The notes beneath the pieces were generated by a model. The model worked only from the letters and a program-made list of their open reading frames with translations. It was not told the DNA's origin and did not search any database. Position numbers and translations under genes: made by a program. Below, piece by piece: positions 21,645 through 35,425 of a stretch of DNA of 48,766 bases (position 1 is its first letter; the number at the start of each line of letters is the position of its first letter). Source of the DNA: Chiloscyllium plagiosum (taxonomy: Eukaryota); the NCBI RefSeq assembly GCF_004010195.1, contig NC_057760.1, positions 3,444,117-3,492,882 of the forward strand, read 5' to 3'.

Positions 21645-22509
21645 ATATCTTTGATACGTGTGGGCCCTAAGAATTATATCTAACTCCTCCTTGAAAACAC
21701 TTAATGCTTTGGTTTTAGCTGCTTTCTGTGGCATAGAGTTCCACAGGCTCACCAGCCTTTGGGTGAAGAAATTTCTCCTCATCTCAGTCTGAAATGGCCT
21801 GTCCTTAGCCTGTGACCCCTGGTTCAGGAATCCCTGGTCATTGGGAACATCCTTCTCTCGTCCTATTTACTCTAGTCCTATTAGAGTTTTATAGGTTTCT
21901 ATGACCTTCCCCCCTCATTTTTCTATTATTGAATGTAATTATAACTGATTGTCAGTCTTGCTATCCGTATTGTACTTTACCTGATATGCATTTGCCCACT
22001 CACTTAAGTTTTCAAAGTCACGTTGAAGTATCTCTTATCCTCCTCACAGTTCATTCTCCCGTCTAACTTTGTGTCATCTGCAAATTTGGAGATGTTCCAT
22101 TTAGTTTCCGCTCCTAAATCAATATATATTGTGAATATCTGGGTAAAGGCCCAGATCCCTGCAGTAGCCCACTAGTCACTGGATTCCATGCAGATAATGA
22201 CCTATTTATTCCTACTCTTTGCTTCTTTTTGCTAACATTTCTCCTAAAGCCATGTGCTTCAATCTTATATGCTAATCTCTCATGTGGGAGTTTATCAACA
22301 GCCTTCAGAAAAGCCAAGTAAACCCCATCCATTCACTTCCTCTGGTCAACTGTAAAAGTTATGTTCTTAAAAAATTCCAGTAGATTTGTCAAGTGTGATT
22401 TTCCTTTCATAAATCCTAATTCCATCCAATCTTGTCACCATTTCCAGTTAAATCTTATATAGTGGACTCTAGCATTTTCCCCATTACTGATGTCAGATTA
22501 ACCAGTCTA

Positions 22510-23214
22510 TAATTCTTGGCAGTGTGGAGGAACAGAGGGATCTGGGTGTGCAAGTACATAGATCCCTCAAAGTTCCACCCAAGTGGATAGGGTTGTAAAG
22601 AAAGCATATGATGTTTTGGCTTTCATTAACAGGGGGATCGAGTTTAAGAGCCACAAGGTTTTGCTGCAGCTCTACAAGTCCCGGGTGAGACCACACTTAG
22701 AATATTGTGTCCAGTTCTGGTCGCCCTACTATAGGAAAGATACAGAGGCTTTGGAGACGGTGCATAGAAGGTTTACCAGAATGCTGCCAGGACTGGAGGG
22801 CTTGCCTTATGAAGAGAGGTTGAATAAGCTCAGACTTCTCTCTCTGGAGAGAAGGAGGAAGAGAGAAGACCTGATCGTGATGTTCAAAATAATAAGAGGA
22901 ATAGATAGAGTCAATAGCCAGAGACTTTTCTCCAGGGCAGGACTGACTGGTCATAGTTTGAAGGTATTAGGAGGAAGGTATAAAGGAGACATCAGAGGTA
23001 GGTTCTTTATGCAGAGAGTTGTGAATGCGTTGCCAGCGGTGGTGGTGGAAGCAGAGTCATTAGGGACATTTAAGCGACTGCTGGACATACACATGGATAG
23101 CAATGAGTTGAGGGGTGTGTAGGTTAAGTTACTATATTTTACATTAGGATTAAATCTCGGCACAACATCGTGGGCCAAAGGGCCTGTCCTGTGCTGTACC
23201 TTTCTATGTTCTAT
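22510..23214 (+). mobile_element. 5'-truncated CR1 LINE
   Basis: ORF 22583-23122 (RPHLEYCVQFWSP...GRFFMQRVV) with an intact 3' tail. Confidence 0.92.
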
Positions 23215-23967
23215 AATGCCCCATTTTCTTTCTCTCCTTTTAAAATATCGAGGTTACATTACCTACCCTGCAATCCATAGAAATTGTTCTACAGTCTGTA
23301 GAATCTTGAAAGGTGACCACCGACCCATCTATTATTTCTAGGGCTACTACCTTATATACTCTGGGATGTGGATTATAAAGCAGGTGAAGTAGGTCATATC
23401 TGCCTTTAATCCAATCAATTTCCTCAACAGCATTTCCCGACTAATACTGATTTCCTTCAGTTCTTCCCTCTCACTGGACTCTGTTCTCCCCAACATTCTT
23501 TGTGATGTTATTTGTGTCCTTTATGAAGACAGAACCAGAATATGTATTTAATTGGCTTGCCATTTCTTTGATTCCCATCATAACTTCCCGTCTTTCTGAT
23601 TGTAAAGGATCTACATTCATCTTCATTAATCTTTTTTTCTCTTATCATACCTATAGAAGCTTTTACAATCAGCTTGTATATTCCCACAAGCTTTCTGTTG
23701 TACTCTGTTTTCCTTTTTGTAGTCAGTCCCTTTGTGCAATCCTGCTGCTGCTGCTTTTGACAAATTTGTGTTCACTTTCCTTGGATCTAATCCTATCACT
23801 AATTTCCCACATTAGCAATGGTCAGGCCATATTTCCTGCTTTATTTTTGTGCCAGAAATCAACCAACAATTGTGTCAGTTCCTCCATGCACTCTATGAAT
23901 GATTACCATTGCTCATCCACCATCACCCCTTTAAGAAACCTTCCTCCCCCCCCTCCCACTCCACCAG

Positions 23968-24215
23968 GACATGCAGATCCTGGGCCTCCTCCATCACCAA
24001 ACCCTAACCACCTGACACCTGGAGGAAGAACGCCTTCATTTTCTGTCTTGGGACCCTGCAACCACACAGGATCAACATGGAGTTTGCCGGTTTAATCATT
24101 TCCCCTCCCCCCCCACCTTATCCCAGTCCCAAGTCTCCAACTTGGCACCGCCCTTCTTTCCCAGCACCACACTCTCGACTCTGATCTTCAGCATCTGCAG
24201 TGCTCACTTTCTCCT
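23968..24215 (+). mobile_element. Penelope-like element ORF C-terminus (GIY-YIG region) plus terminal repeat
   Basis: Encodes DMQILGLLHHQTLTT*HLEEERL/IFCLGTLQPHRINMEF, followed by the same tail as 2895-2950. Confidence 0.65.
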
Positions 24216-24770
24216 CTTCAATTTATCATAGTCAGCTTGAGCCTCATACCATCGTACTTTCCTTTATGTAAATTTAGGAATTTTGTCTCAGAATCTACAG
24301 TGTTACTCTCCATCTTAATGAAGGATTCTACCATATTAGGTCACTCTTCCCAAGAGTCGCACACAGCTAGATTGCAAATCACTCCTTTCTAATTACACAA
24401 TAGCCAGTCTGGAATGGCTCTAGTTGGTTCCTTGGTTTATTAATCCAAAAAACAGTCTCCCTTCATACTCCAGGAATTCTTCCTTTACAGCATTGTTACT
24501 GATTTGAATTGTTACTGATTTGAATTGCCTGATCTATATGCAGAATAATAACAGCTGTACCAGTGTTACCTGCATCTTCAATTTCCAGTGACTAGTAGGA
24601 TACTGCAAGGATCAGTGCCATCTCTGATTTGTGGGTGTGGAAGAATTGCCATTTAAGTATTTTACCAATACAGAGCCAATGTTTGATGAACAGATATAGG
24701 GTATCACCGTGTAATTACCTGTAGATTTGCTGTGTTCAGGTAAAAGTCTAATTCCTGCTTCCTTAATCAG

Positions 24771-24869
24771 CAAAACCTCAATGCTCTGCACTACGCAGTA
24801 AAACAGGGACATCAAGATGTCTGTCATTTATTGGTGGAAAAAGGGATCGATGTGAATGCAGTGGGTCAG
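24771..24869 (+). CDS. ANKDD1A: ANKDD1-family ankyrin exon
   Basis: 99 nt, aatcag|...|gtaagg, encoding QNLNALHYAVKQGHQDVCHLLVEKGIDVNAVGQ. Confidence 0.92.
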
Positions 24870-25354
24870 GTAAGGATGAAACTTTCTGTGCCACTGTATA
24901 AACTCAGCTTTTGTCTCCAAATCTGCACTGAATAAACTAATCTCAGTCAAGCAAAAATTATCTAAAAAAAATGTCTAGAGAAGAATGAAATATAAATCAA
25001 CCTGAATTTCCACTTCTGATCAGATTCCAGGGACTATTATTGCTAAAGTGCATAGATGTGAGATGGTGACAGGGTTAGGCCCAGCTACTTCACTCCTGTA
25101 TATTAGGCGATGCTGACCCACGAAGAATAACAATTATGAACAGAAACTGCTGGAGAAACCCAGCAGGTCTGGCTGCATGGTGGAGATAGAAACAAGTCCA
25201 GTACTACTCTTCAGAAGAACAATTACCTTAAACTCAAAATGTTATTGCTGTTTCTCAATGAATGCTGCCCGGCCTGCTAAGTTTCAGATCTCCGGTATCT
25301 ATTGTATTTGGCTTTTGTGTACTTGAAGACTAGATGTTTAAACTAGATATGGCT

Positions 25355-28300
25355 ACAGGAGTGGTGCAGGAGAGAAGGATTCAGATACCTGGGTAATTGG
25401 GGCCCATTCTGGGGTAGGTGGGACCTCTCCAAGCGGGATGGTCTACACTAAATCAGAGGTGTGCCAATATCCTGGGGGGGATGGTTTGCTAATGCTTTTT
25501 AGGAAGATTTAAACTAATTCAGCAGAGGGAAGGTAACCGGAATTGTAGCTCCAGTGTCCAGGAGGTTGAGAGTAGTGAGGTCATGAATAAGGTTTCAAGG
25601 TCGCAGGAGTGTGGCGGCAGGCAGGAAGGTGGTTTGAAGTGTGTTTATTTCAACGCCACGAACATCCAGAATAAGGGGGTGAACTTGCAGCATGGCTTGG
25701 TACCTGGGACTTCAATGTTGTGGCCGTTTTGGAGACATGGATGGAGCAGGGATGGGAATGGTTGTTGCAGGTTCCAGGATTTAGATGTTTCAGTAGGAAC
25801 AGAGAAGGTGGTAAAAGAGGGGGAGGTGTGGCATTGTTGGTCAAGGTCAGTATTATGGTGGCAGAAAGGACGTTTGATGAAGACTCGTCTACTGAGGTAG
25901 TATGGGCTGAGGTTACAAACAGGAAAGGAGAGGTCATCCTGTTGGGAGTTTTCAAAAGGCCTCTGAAAAGTTCCGGAAATGTAGAGGAAAGGATAGCAAA
26001 GGTGATGCTGGATAGGAGTGAAAGTACCAGGGTAGTTGTTATGGGGGCTTTAACTTTCCTAACATTGACTGGAAATGTTATAGTTCGAGTACCTTTGAGG
26101 GTCAGTTTTTGATCAATGTGTGGAGGAGGGTTTCCTGACACAGTATGTAGACAAGGCCACACTAGATTTGGTACTGGGTAATGAGCCTGGCCAGGTACTG
26201 GATTTAGAGGTAGGTGACCACTTTGATAATAGTGAGCACAGTTCGGTTAAGCTTACTTTAGTGATGGAAATGGACAGGTATATACTGCAGGTCAAGATTT
26301 GTAGCTGGGGGGAAGACAATTATGATGCAATGAGGCAAGATTTAAGAAGCATAGGATGGAGAAGGAAACTGCAGGGGATGGGCACAATTGAAATACGTGC
26401 CCTTGATAAGTATGTACCTGTCAGGCAGGGAGGTAGTGTTCGAGCGAGGGAACTGTAGTTTACTAAAGACGTTGAATCTCTTGTCAAAAGGAAGAAGGAG
26501 GTTTACGTAAAGATGAGATGTGAAGGCTCAGTTAGGGCACTTGAGTGTTACAGGTTAGCCAGGAAGGACCAAAAGAGAGAGCTAAGAGGAGCCAGGAGGG
26601 ACATGAGAGGTCTTTGCCAGGTAGGATCAAGGATCTATAGGTATGTCAGTACTAAAAGAATGACTAAAGTAAGATTAGGGCCAATCAAAGATAGTAGTGG
26701 GAAGATGTGTGTGGAGTCCAAAGAGATAGGAGAGGTGCTAAATGAATGTCTTTTTCCTGTGTGAATACTGATGGAAAATAATGTTGTCGAGGAGAATATT
26801 GAGATACAGGCAAATAGACTCGATGGGATTGAGGTTAATAAGGAGGTGGTGTTAGCAATTGTGGAAATTGTGAAAATAGATAAGTCCCCTGGGCCGGATG
26901 GGATTTATCCTAGGATTGTCTGGGAAGCCAGGGAGGAGATTGCTGAGCCTTTGGCTTTGATCTTTATGTCATCATTGGCGACAGGAATAGTGCCAGAAGA
27001 CTGGAGGATGGCAAATGTGGTTCCCCTGTTCAAGAAGGGGAGTAGAGACAACTCTGGTCATTATAGACCAGTGAGCCTTACTTCAGCTGTTGGTAAAGTG
27101 TTGGAAAAGGTTATAAGCGATAGGATTTATAATCATCTCGATAAGAATAATTTGATTAGGGGATAGTCAACATGGTTTTGTGAAGGGTAGGTTGTGCCTC
27201 ACAAACCTTATTGAGTTGTTTGAGAAGGTGACCTAACAGGTAGATGAGGGTAAAGCAGTTAATGTGGTGTAAAGTGTTTGATAAGGTTCCCCAAGGTAGG
27301 CTACTGCAGAAAATATGGAGGCATGGGATTGAGGGTGATTTAGTGGTTTGGATCAGATATTGGCTAGATGAAAGAAGGCAGACGGTGGTGTTTGATGGGA
27401 AATGTTCATCCTGGAGCTCAGTTATTAGTGGTGTAGTGCAAGGATTTGTTTTGGGTCCACTGCTGTTTGTCATTTTTATAAATGCCCTGGATGAGGGCAT
27501 AGAAGGATGGATTAATAAATTTGTGGATGACACTAAAGTTGGTGGAGTTGTGGACAGTGCGGAAGGATGTTGCAGGTTACATATGGGCATAGATAAGCTG
27601 CAGAGCTGGGCTGAGAGGTGGTAATTGGAGTTTAATGCAGAAAAGTGTGAGGTGATTCACTTTGGAAGGAGAAACAGGAATAAAGAGTATTGGGCTATTG
27701 GTAAGATTCTTGGTTGTGTGGTTGAGCAGAGAGGTCTTGGTGTACATGGACAAAGATCCACGAAAGTTGCCACTCAGCTTGACAGGGTTGTTAAGAAGGC
27801 ATATGGCGTGTTAGCTTTTGTTAGTAGAGGGATTGAGTTTCAGAGCCATGGGGTCATGCTGCAGCTGTACAAAACTCTAGTGCGGCCGCACTTGGAATAT
27901 TACATCCAGTTCTGGTTGCCGCGTTATAGGGAGGACGTGGAAGCTTTGGAAAAATTTCAGAGGAGATTTACTAGGATCTTGCCTGGTATAGAGGGAAGGT
28001 CTTAGGAGGAAAGGCTGAGGGACTTGAAGCAGTTTTCGTTAGAGAGAAGGTTGAGAGGTGACTTAATAGAGACATACAAGATGATCAGAGGGTTAGACAG
28101 GGTGGACAGTGACAGCATTTTTCCTCAGATGGTGATGGCTAGCACAAGGGGACACAGCTTTAAACTGAGGGATGATAGATATAGGACAAATGTCAGATGT
28201 AGATTCTTTACTCAGTGAGTAAGGGTGTGGAATGCCCTGCCTGCAACAGTGGTAGACTCGCCAACTTTAAGGGCATTTAAATGGGCATTGGACGTACACA

Positions 28301-28405
28301 TGGATGAAAATGGAAGAGTGCGGGATAGGTGGGCTTCAAATCGGTTTCACAGGTCGTGCAACATCGAGGGCTGAAGGGCCTGTACTGCACTGTATTGTTC
28401 TATTG
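25355..28405 (+). mobile_element. CR1 LINE spanning the ORF1 end and ORF2 (APE endonuclease + RT), pseudogenised
   Basis: Motifs LKCVYFNA, ETW, GGGVALLVK, LDLVLGNE, KSPGPDGIYP, ANVVPLFKKG, YRPVSLTS, QGFVLGPLLF and KFVDDTK; many stops and frameshifts; 3' tail present. Confidence 0.95.
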
Positions 28406-28720
28406 TCCATGAAGCATTAGAAGTTGACCAGTGCCACTTCTGAAAAGCAGTAAAAGGATTTGGGGATACGATGCAGGAGCTGCAGAATGGTCAACCTGCT
28501 CTATCCTGGACACTACCTGTGTCCAGTGACACCTTGTATTAATCCACGCGTCTTGAAGTTAGCCTGACACAGACTGTGGGTCCAGTTCCCATTGCTTGGA
28601 TATATGGATGTTTAAATGTGTCTGATTTGGTCTGACTTTCTGAGGGTAAGGTTAGAATATGAATAAAGAGGACTGTTCCACACACTGAGAATAACTGTCA
28701 TTTTATTTTGCAATTAACAG

Positions 28721-28813
28721 TATGCCTGCCTCCATCTTGCAGTGAAACACGGTTTTGCTCAGATTGTCAGGCTCCTGATAGCTGCTGGATGTGACATCAA
28801 CATCAGTGACCAC
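28721..28813 (+). CDS. ANKDD1A: ANKDD1-family ankyrin exon
   Basis: 93 nt, aacag|...|gtacgt, encoding YACLHLAVKHGFAQIVRLLIAAGCDINISDH. Confidence 0.85.
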
Positions 28814-28999
28814 GTACGTTTTTGTGAATATCGGATATTGTGCACCTTTAATTCATACACTAAAAGCCAACTGGAGAGAAATGGTTAATAACCGAGTTCA
28901 TTTTTTTAAAAATCCATTTAAATTCATTTTTTCTGTTTCAGTGAATGTCATAAAATGGGGAAGAAGGTGGATGAGAGGGCAATTAGGCTCACAAAAATA

Positions 29000-29545
29000 A
29001 ATCACTCCCTGACTCCCCAAAGCCTGTCCACAAGGCCCAGATCAGGAGTGTGGTGGAATACTCCCCACTTGCCTGGATGAGTACAGCTCCAATAACACTC
29101 AAGAAGCTTAATGCAATCCAGGACAAAGCAGCCGCGTGATTGGTATTGCATCCACAAGCATCCATTTCCCTCCACCTCCGACCCTCAGCAGCATCAGTGT
29201 GTAATATCCACAAAATGCACTACAGGAATTCACCAAAGATTCTTAGACAGTACCTTCAAAACCCACAACTACTTCCATCTAGAAGGACAAGGGCAGCAGA
29301 TACATGGGAACACCACCGTCTTCAAGTTCCCCTCCAAGCCACTCACCTTGCTGACTTGGAAACATATCACCATTCCTTCAATGTTGCTGGGTCAAAATCC
29401 CTCCCTAATGGCATTGTGGGTCAACCCACAGCAGATGGACTGCAGCAGTTTAAGGAGGCAGCTCACTACCATCTTCTCAAGGGGGCAACTAGGGGCGGGC
29501 AATAAATGCTGGGCCCAGTCAGCAATATCCCAAATGAGTTAAACA
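29000..29545 (+). mobile_element. LINE 3' end (CR1/L2 group, second family)
   Basis: Encodes KAQIRSVVEYSPLAW...KSLPNGIVG...LQQFKEAAHYHLLKG. Confidence 0.7.
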
Positions 29546-30193
29546 AAAAAGGTCAACAGGTGTAGGCTTGAGTATGGATTTAAGATCACAGCCATGAGGT
29601 TCATAAATAGCAGATCAGTCTCAAAGGGACTTATTGCCTATTCATAATCCTTGTTCCTATGTTTGTACGATTTGTTTAAACGATGTAATCATCCAGTTTC
29701 TAGGCCATGTTTGCTCCCCCAATTTGTTTTACAGTCATTTTTTTTGTAATGTTCATTGGTGTACCTGCATCAGTTGATAATAAGTGGTTAAGACACTGAT
29801 TTCTGGTTCTCATTCTTGGGTCAAGACTGCCCTGACATTTCTGTAATTATTGGACAGTTATCCTGAACAAAGCTATCAATCAGCAGGTTGTAGTTTAGAG
29901 ATCAGATCGTTTTTCAAAGACTGATCCTCTGTGTTCCAGCAGCACTTCAGTGAGTTCATCTCGACTTGATCTTAAGCTTCAGGATAGACATTGGTTATTT
30001 TATTTGAAGGGAATGTTGGGCTGGATTTGTACTGCTGCATTAAAGTTTGAAATATGTATCAGTGCTCTGCCAGATGAAGGCCATTAACTTGTTAGTTAAT
30101 CACTGAGAGAATCTAATAGAACTATCAGTACCTAACTCAGAACTTACCTCAATTTGTTTGTTAAATTGATGCTGAAAATTCATGATGTTGTCA

Positions 30194-30605
30194 TACAGTC
30201 ATAGAGATGTACGGTATGGAAGCAGACCCTTCAGTCTTACCCATCCGTGCCGACCAGATATCCTAACCTAATCGACTCCCATTTGTTCAACACTTGGCCC
30301 ATGCCCCTCTAAACCCTTCCTGTCCATCCAGATGTCTTTTTAAAGGTTGTAATAGTCCCAGCCTCGAGCTCATTCCATACACACATCACCCCCCCCCCCC
30401 TTAAAACCCTTTTAAAACCTACCCCTCTCACCCTAAACCTATGCCTTCTAGTTCTGGACTCACCCACCCCAGGGAAAAGACCTTATTTATTTATCCTTCC
30501 ATGCCCCTCATGATTTTGTAAACCTCTATACGGTCACCCCTCAGTCTCCGATGCTCCAGGGGAAACAGCCCCAGCCTGCTCAGCCTCTCCCTGTAGCTCA
30601 AACCC
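30194..30605 (-). mobile_element. CR1 3' fragment
   Basis: Similar to 34160-34620 and 41836-42280. Confidence 0.85.
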
Positions 30606-31329
30606 TTCTGTGTTACACTTGGCACATTATGTTTTTTTATATTTATTCATAGGATGTGGGCAATGTTGTCCCAGCCAGCATTTATTGCCCAGCCCTAATT
30701 AGCCCGAAGCCAGCTAAAATTGAGCCACATTGCTGTCATGCGTAGGCCAGACCTTCCCTGAAGGACATCGGTGAACAGAATTGATAGTGGTTACATGGTT
30801 GCCATTAGGCTATTTTTTTATACCAGTTTTTTTATTGAACTCAAATTTGACCATTTGATCTGCAGATCATTAGCCTATTCCAGTGACATTACCATTAATC
30901 TGTTCACATGCATCTCGCAACCATTGTTCATGAGAAGAGTGGAAGTATTACAGGGAGAATCTGGGTATTCTTTCACAAGAATAGTAAAAACTGACTTTTA
31001 ATAATGCAACAACCCAGAAATGGCTCGAGATTTATGCTCAGGTAGTTTCAAAAACCGTTACGATTCGTCAAAATTGTTTTCAATGCTGTCTGTATAAAGT
31101 GTATCATACAAGGTAATGGTGGCACACTGAAACTAGTACATCGTCAAAAGTTTGATTGACAGGGTTTGAACTCAGAGTTCAGGTAGGGAAATCCGCTATA
31201 ATGTGTGTTTATGCCTGTGTCTGTTGTCTGTAATAAGGTAATGCACATCTATTTTGCATAAAGCCACAATATACATGCTTGTCATTAGCCTCCCTCAAAT
31301 GAATGTCACTGTAATTCTTGTCCTGAATA

Positions 31330-31455
31330 TGTGTGAGTGTGTGCAATGGACAATCCTGCAATTTATGTACCTGTGTGAGTGTGTGTCATGGACAATCCTG
31401 CAATTTATGTACCTGTGTGAGTGTGTGTCATGGACAATCCTGCAATTTATGTACC
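31330..31455. repeat. 42-bp tandem repeat x3
   Basis: tgtgtgagtgtgtgtcatggacaatcctgcaatttatgtacc repeated three times. Confidence 0.95.
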
Positions 31456-31755
31456 TATAATAAATGTGCTTCAGTCCTCTGTTTCTATTCCATACATCCA
31501 GCTTTCCCATTTTCAGGCACATTAGGACTAATTCTCCCTCTATTTCTTTTGTTGTGTGCAGCCTAGTGATTCAAGCAGCCAGCATATTTTACACTTTGCA
31601 CAGTCTGCCTGTGCAGTACCTTAAACAGGGTAACTTGAGAGTGGCCTCTGTGGTAGCTGAGAGATGTGCTGCGCATGGCCATTGCATGCAGCTTTGCGGA
31701 AGCATTGCTTTGGATACTCTCTATGTCATGGGTGCTGTTTCTTTTCGATTTGCAG

Positions 31756-31854
31756 AGGCAGCAGAGTGCTTTACACCTGGCAGTGGAGAGGCGACAGCTC
31801 ACAATCATGGAGATGCTTCTCAAAGCCAACATTAATTTACAGCTTCAGGATAAG
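31756..31854 (+). CDS. ANKDD1A: ANKDD1-family ankyrin exon
   Basis: 99 nt, tgcag|...|gtgagg, encoding RQQSALHLAVERRQLTIMEMLLKANINLQLQDK. Confidence 0.92.
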
Positions 31855-32927
31855 GTGAGGAGGAGCAATACACTCCAAAACGTAACAGCGATTGGCAAAA
31901 CCAACATTTAACGTTCTGTCAGACTGTATGATACGTGAGCGCTGCAGGTACTCGGATAATTGGTCGAGTTTTTAACACTGTGAACAAAGGCCCTCCAGCC
32001 GATCATGTCTGCATTGGTCATGAATCATGCATCTATTTGAATCCCATCTTGCTGCACTTGGCCCATAGCCTTGTATGCTGTGTTGGGTCAAATTCTCATC
32101 TGAATACTCCTTAAAAACCTCGAGGGTTCTGCCTCTACTGCCCTTACAAGCAATGAATTCCAGATTGCCACTACCCTATGGTATCTGATTTTTGTCCCTT
32201 TAAACCTCCCTTGCCATACATTAAGACTGTGTCAAACACTAAAAAAGCTGGAGACACTCAGCAGATCTGGCAACAAGAGTTAATGTTTCAAGTCTGGTAT
32301 GACTCTTAATACTTACAAAGACAGAAATGTGCTCCCTGAGTATTGACCCTTCTATTAAAGGGAAAGATTTCTCCCTATCCATTTGATCTATGTCCCTCAT
32401 ATCATTAAGCACCTCCTCGCTCTTGTCTTCAGTGCCTGGATTAATAAAAGCAAGTATCTTGTATGCCTTCTGCACTGCCTTATGTACTTGTTCTGCTGCC
32501 TTCAAAGATCTTTGGACATACAAACTAAGCTCCATAAGATACAGGAGCAGAATTAGTTCATTTGGCCCATCAAATCTCCTACACCATTCAATCAACCCCC
32601 ATTCTCCTGCCCTCCCTCCCTCCACTCACTCATCAAGAACCTCTCTCTCTCTCTCTGTCTTAAATACACTCAATGACCTGGCCTCCACAGACCTCTGTAG
32701 CAATGAGTATCACAGGCTGACCATCCCCATCGGCTCCTCTTCTCAGTTCTAAGGGCTCTTCCTTCATTCTGAGGCTGTGCTCTTTTGTTCCACTGTTTCT
32801 TACTACAGCCATAGGGTCAAAGAGATATACAGCACCGAAACAGACCCTCTGACCTAACTCGTCCATAACAACCACATACCATCAATAAATCTAGTACCAT
32901 TTGCCAGCATTTGCCCATATCTCTCGA

Positions 32928-33143
32928 AGAGAAAGGGAGGACTGCAGATGCTGGAGAGTCTGAGTTGAAAAGTGTGGAACTGGAGAAAGCACAGCAGATC
33001 AGGCAGCATCTGTAGAGCAGGAGAGTTGACAATTCGAGGATCAGTCCTTCATTCTGATAAAGCACTTATGCCTGAATTGTTGACTGTCCTGCTCTTTGGA
33101 TGCTGCCTGACTTGCTGTGCTTTTACCAACATCATGTTTTTGA
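32928..33143. mobile_element. Degenerate Penelope-like foldback inserted in a CR1 3' end (32813-33590, minus)
   Basis: Same inverted arms as 2720-2950; the hammerhead cores are decayed. Confidence 0.6.
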
Positions 33144-34159
33144 CCCATTCCCTTCTAAACCATTCATACCCATCCAGTGCCTTTTAAATGCTGTAATTGT
33201 AGCAGCCTCCATCACTTCCTCTGGCAGCTCATTCTATACATGCAAAATGTTGCCCTTTAGGTCCCTTTTAAATCTTTCCCCTCTCACTTTAAACCTATGC
33301 CCTCTAGTTTTGGACTCCCGCACCCCAGGGGAACGACCTTGTCTATTCACCCTATCATGTCATCATGATTTAATAAATCTATATAAGATCACCCCTCAGC
33401 CTCCACTGCTCCAAGGAAAATAGCCCCAGTCTGTCTCTCCCTATAGCTTGGGTAATATGCTTGTAAATATTTTTTGAACCCTTTCACGTTTTACAACATC
33501 CTTCCTGTAGCTGGGAGACCAGAATTGCACAGAGTATTCCAAAAGTGGCTTAACCAATCTCCGATCCAGCTGCAACATGACCTCCCAACTCTGTGTCAAA
33601 TGTACTGCCATCCATTGCACCGCCTAACTCCTGCAAATTTCTCATTGTCTCTAACTGCCACTCGAACTGATCCACGTGATCCGATAGGATTGCAACCAAA
33701 CACAGTTCCTGCAGACATAATCATCAGTAACGTGGAATCTTTCCTTAATCTTCCACATCCAACAAGAAGAGCACATCACTCTACTAACAATCTACTGAAC
33801 CAGAAAATAGCAGAGTCGTACTGCTCTGAAAAGACTGCTCCAGGCTAGCTTAGTACCTATGCTTTTATATGTTTAAACTTTAATCAAGAGACAGATCTCA
33901 ATAAAAACATATAATAACCCCCCCCCCCCCCCACTCTACTCACTTGCAGATATACAAAATGGAAATAGTAAGGTTATATTTCAAACTGGTCAGTTAGCTG
34001 TCCCCTGCTGTGAGCTTCCCCACACAGTTTCCTCGAAGGTCAGCTGTGAATTTCACTGATAGTTTGTTTTCCTTAGAACAAACTCCAATGTCCAGAGATG
34101 CTTGCAGACAAACAGCAAAGGCAGCAGCTATGCAGGTTACAGCTGGGTCAGACAACATC

Positions 34160-35425
34160 GAGTCAGAGAGATGTACAGCATGGGAACAGACCCTACGGTC
34201 CAACCTGTCCATGCCGACCAGATATCCCAACCCAATCTAGTCCCACCTGCCAGCACCCGGCCCAGATCTCTCCAAACCCTTCCTATTCATACACCCATCC
34301 AAATGCCTCTTAAATGTTGCGATTGTACCAACCTCCACCACTTCCTCTGGCAGCTCATTCCATACACGTACCACCCTAGAGGTTAAAAAGTTGCCCCTTA
34401 GGTCCCTTTTATATCTTTCCCCTCTCACCCTAAACCTATGCCCTCTAGTTCTGGACTCCCCGACCCCAAGGAAAAGACTTTGTCTATTTATCCTATCCAT
34501 GCTCCTCGTGATTTTGTAAACCTCTATAAGGTCACTCCTCAGCCTCCGACGCTCCAGGGAAAACAGCCCCAGTCTGTTCAGCCTCTCCCTGGAGCTCAGA
34601 TCCTCGAACCCTGGCAACATCCTTGTAAATCTTTTCTGAACCCTTTCAAGTTTCACAACATCTTTCCAATAGGAAGGANNNNNNNNNNNNNNNNNNNNNN
34701 NNNNNNNNNNNNNNNNNNNNNNNNNNNNNNNNNNNNNNNNNNNNNNNNNNNNNNNNNNNNNNNNNNNNNNNNNNNNNNNNNNNNNNNNNNNNNNNNNNNN
34801 NNNNNNNNNNNNNNNNNNNNNNNNNNNNNNNNNNNNNNNNNNNNNNNNNNNNNNNNNNNNNNNNNNNNNNNNNNNNNNNNNNNNNNNNNNNNNNNNNNNN
34901 NNNNNNNNNNNNNNNNNNNNNNNNNNNNNNNNNNNNNNNNNNNNNNNNNNNNNNNNNNNNNNNNNNNNNNNNNNNNNNNNNNNNNNNNNNNNNAACCTTG
35001 CTAACCAGTCTCCCATGGGGAACCTTGTCGAACACCTTACTGAAGTCTATATAGATCACATCTACTGCTCTGCCCTCATCAATCTTCTTCATTACTTCTT
35101 TAAAAACTCAAATTTGTGAGACATGGTTTCCCATGTACAAAGCCATGCTAACTATCCCTAATCAGTCCTTGCCTTTCCAAATATATGTACATCCTGTCCC
35201 TCAGGATTCCCTCCAACAACTCACCCACCACCGAGGTCAGGCTCACTGGTCTATAGTTCCCTGGCTTGTCCTTACCACCCTTCTTAAACAGTGGCACCAT
35301 GTTTGCCAACCTCCAGTCTTCCGGCACCTCACCTGTGACTATCGATGATACAAATATCTCAGCAAGAGGCCCAGCAATCACTTCTCTAGCTCCCCACAGA
35401 GTTCAAGGGTACACCTGATCAGGTT
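34160..35425 (-). mobile_element. CR1 LINE RT and 3' end spanning a gap
   Basis: Motifs PGNYRPVSLTS, DFSKVFDKVPH and LERVQKRFTRMLPG. Confidence 0.9.

Larger units (their letters stand above)
21375..24590 (-). mobile_element. Old CR1 LINE with nested insertions
   Basis: Encodes DGVYLAFLKAVDKLPHERL and KKQRVGIN; interrupted by a CR1 at 22510-23214 and a Penelope piece at 23968-24215. Confidence 0.65.

Noticed and set aside
25355..28405. Active or domesticated reverse transcriptase gene
   Set aside because: Multiple stops and frameshifts, and the catalytic motif has drifted (FVDD); it is a dead CR1 copy.
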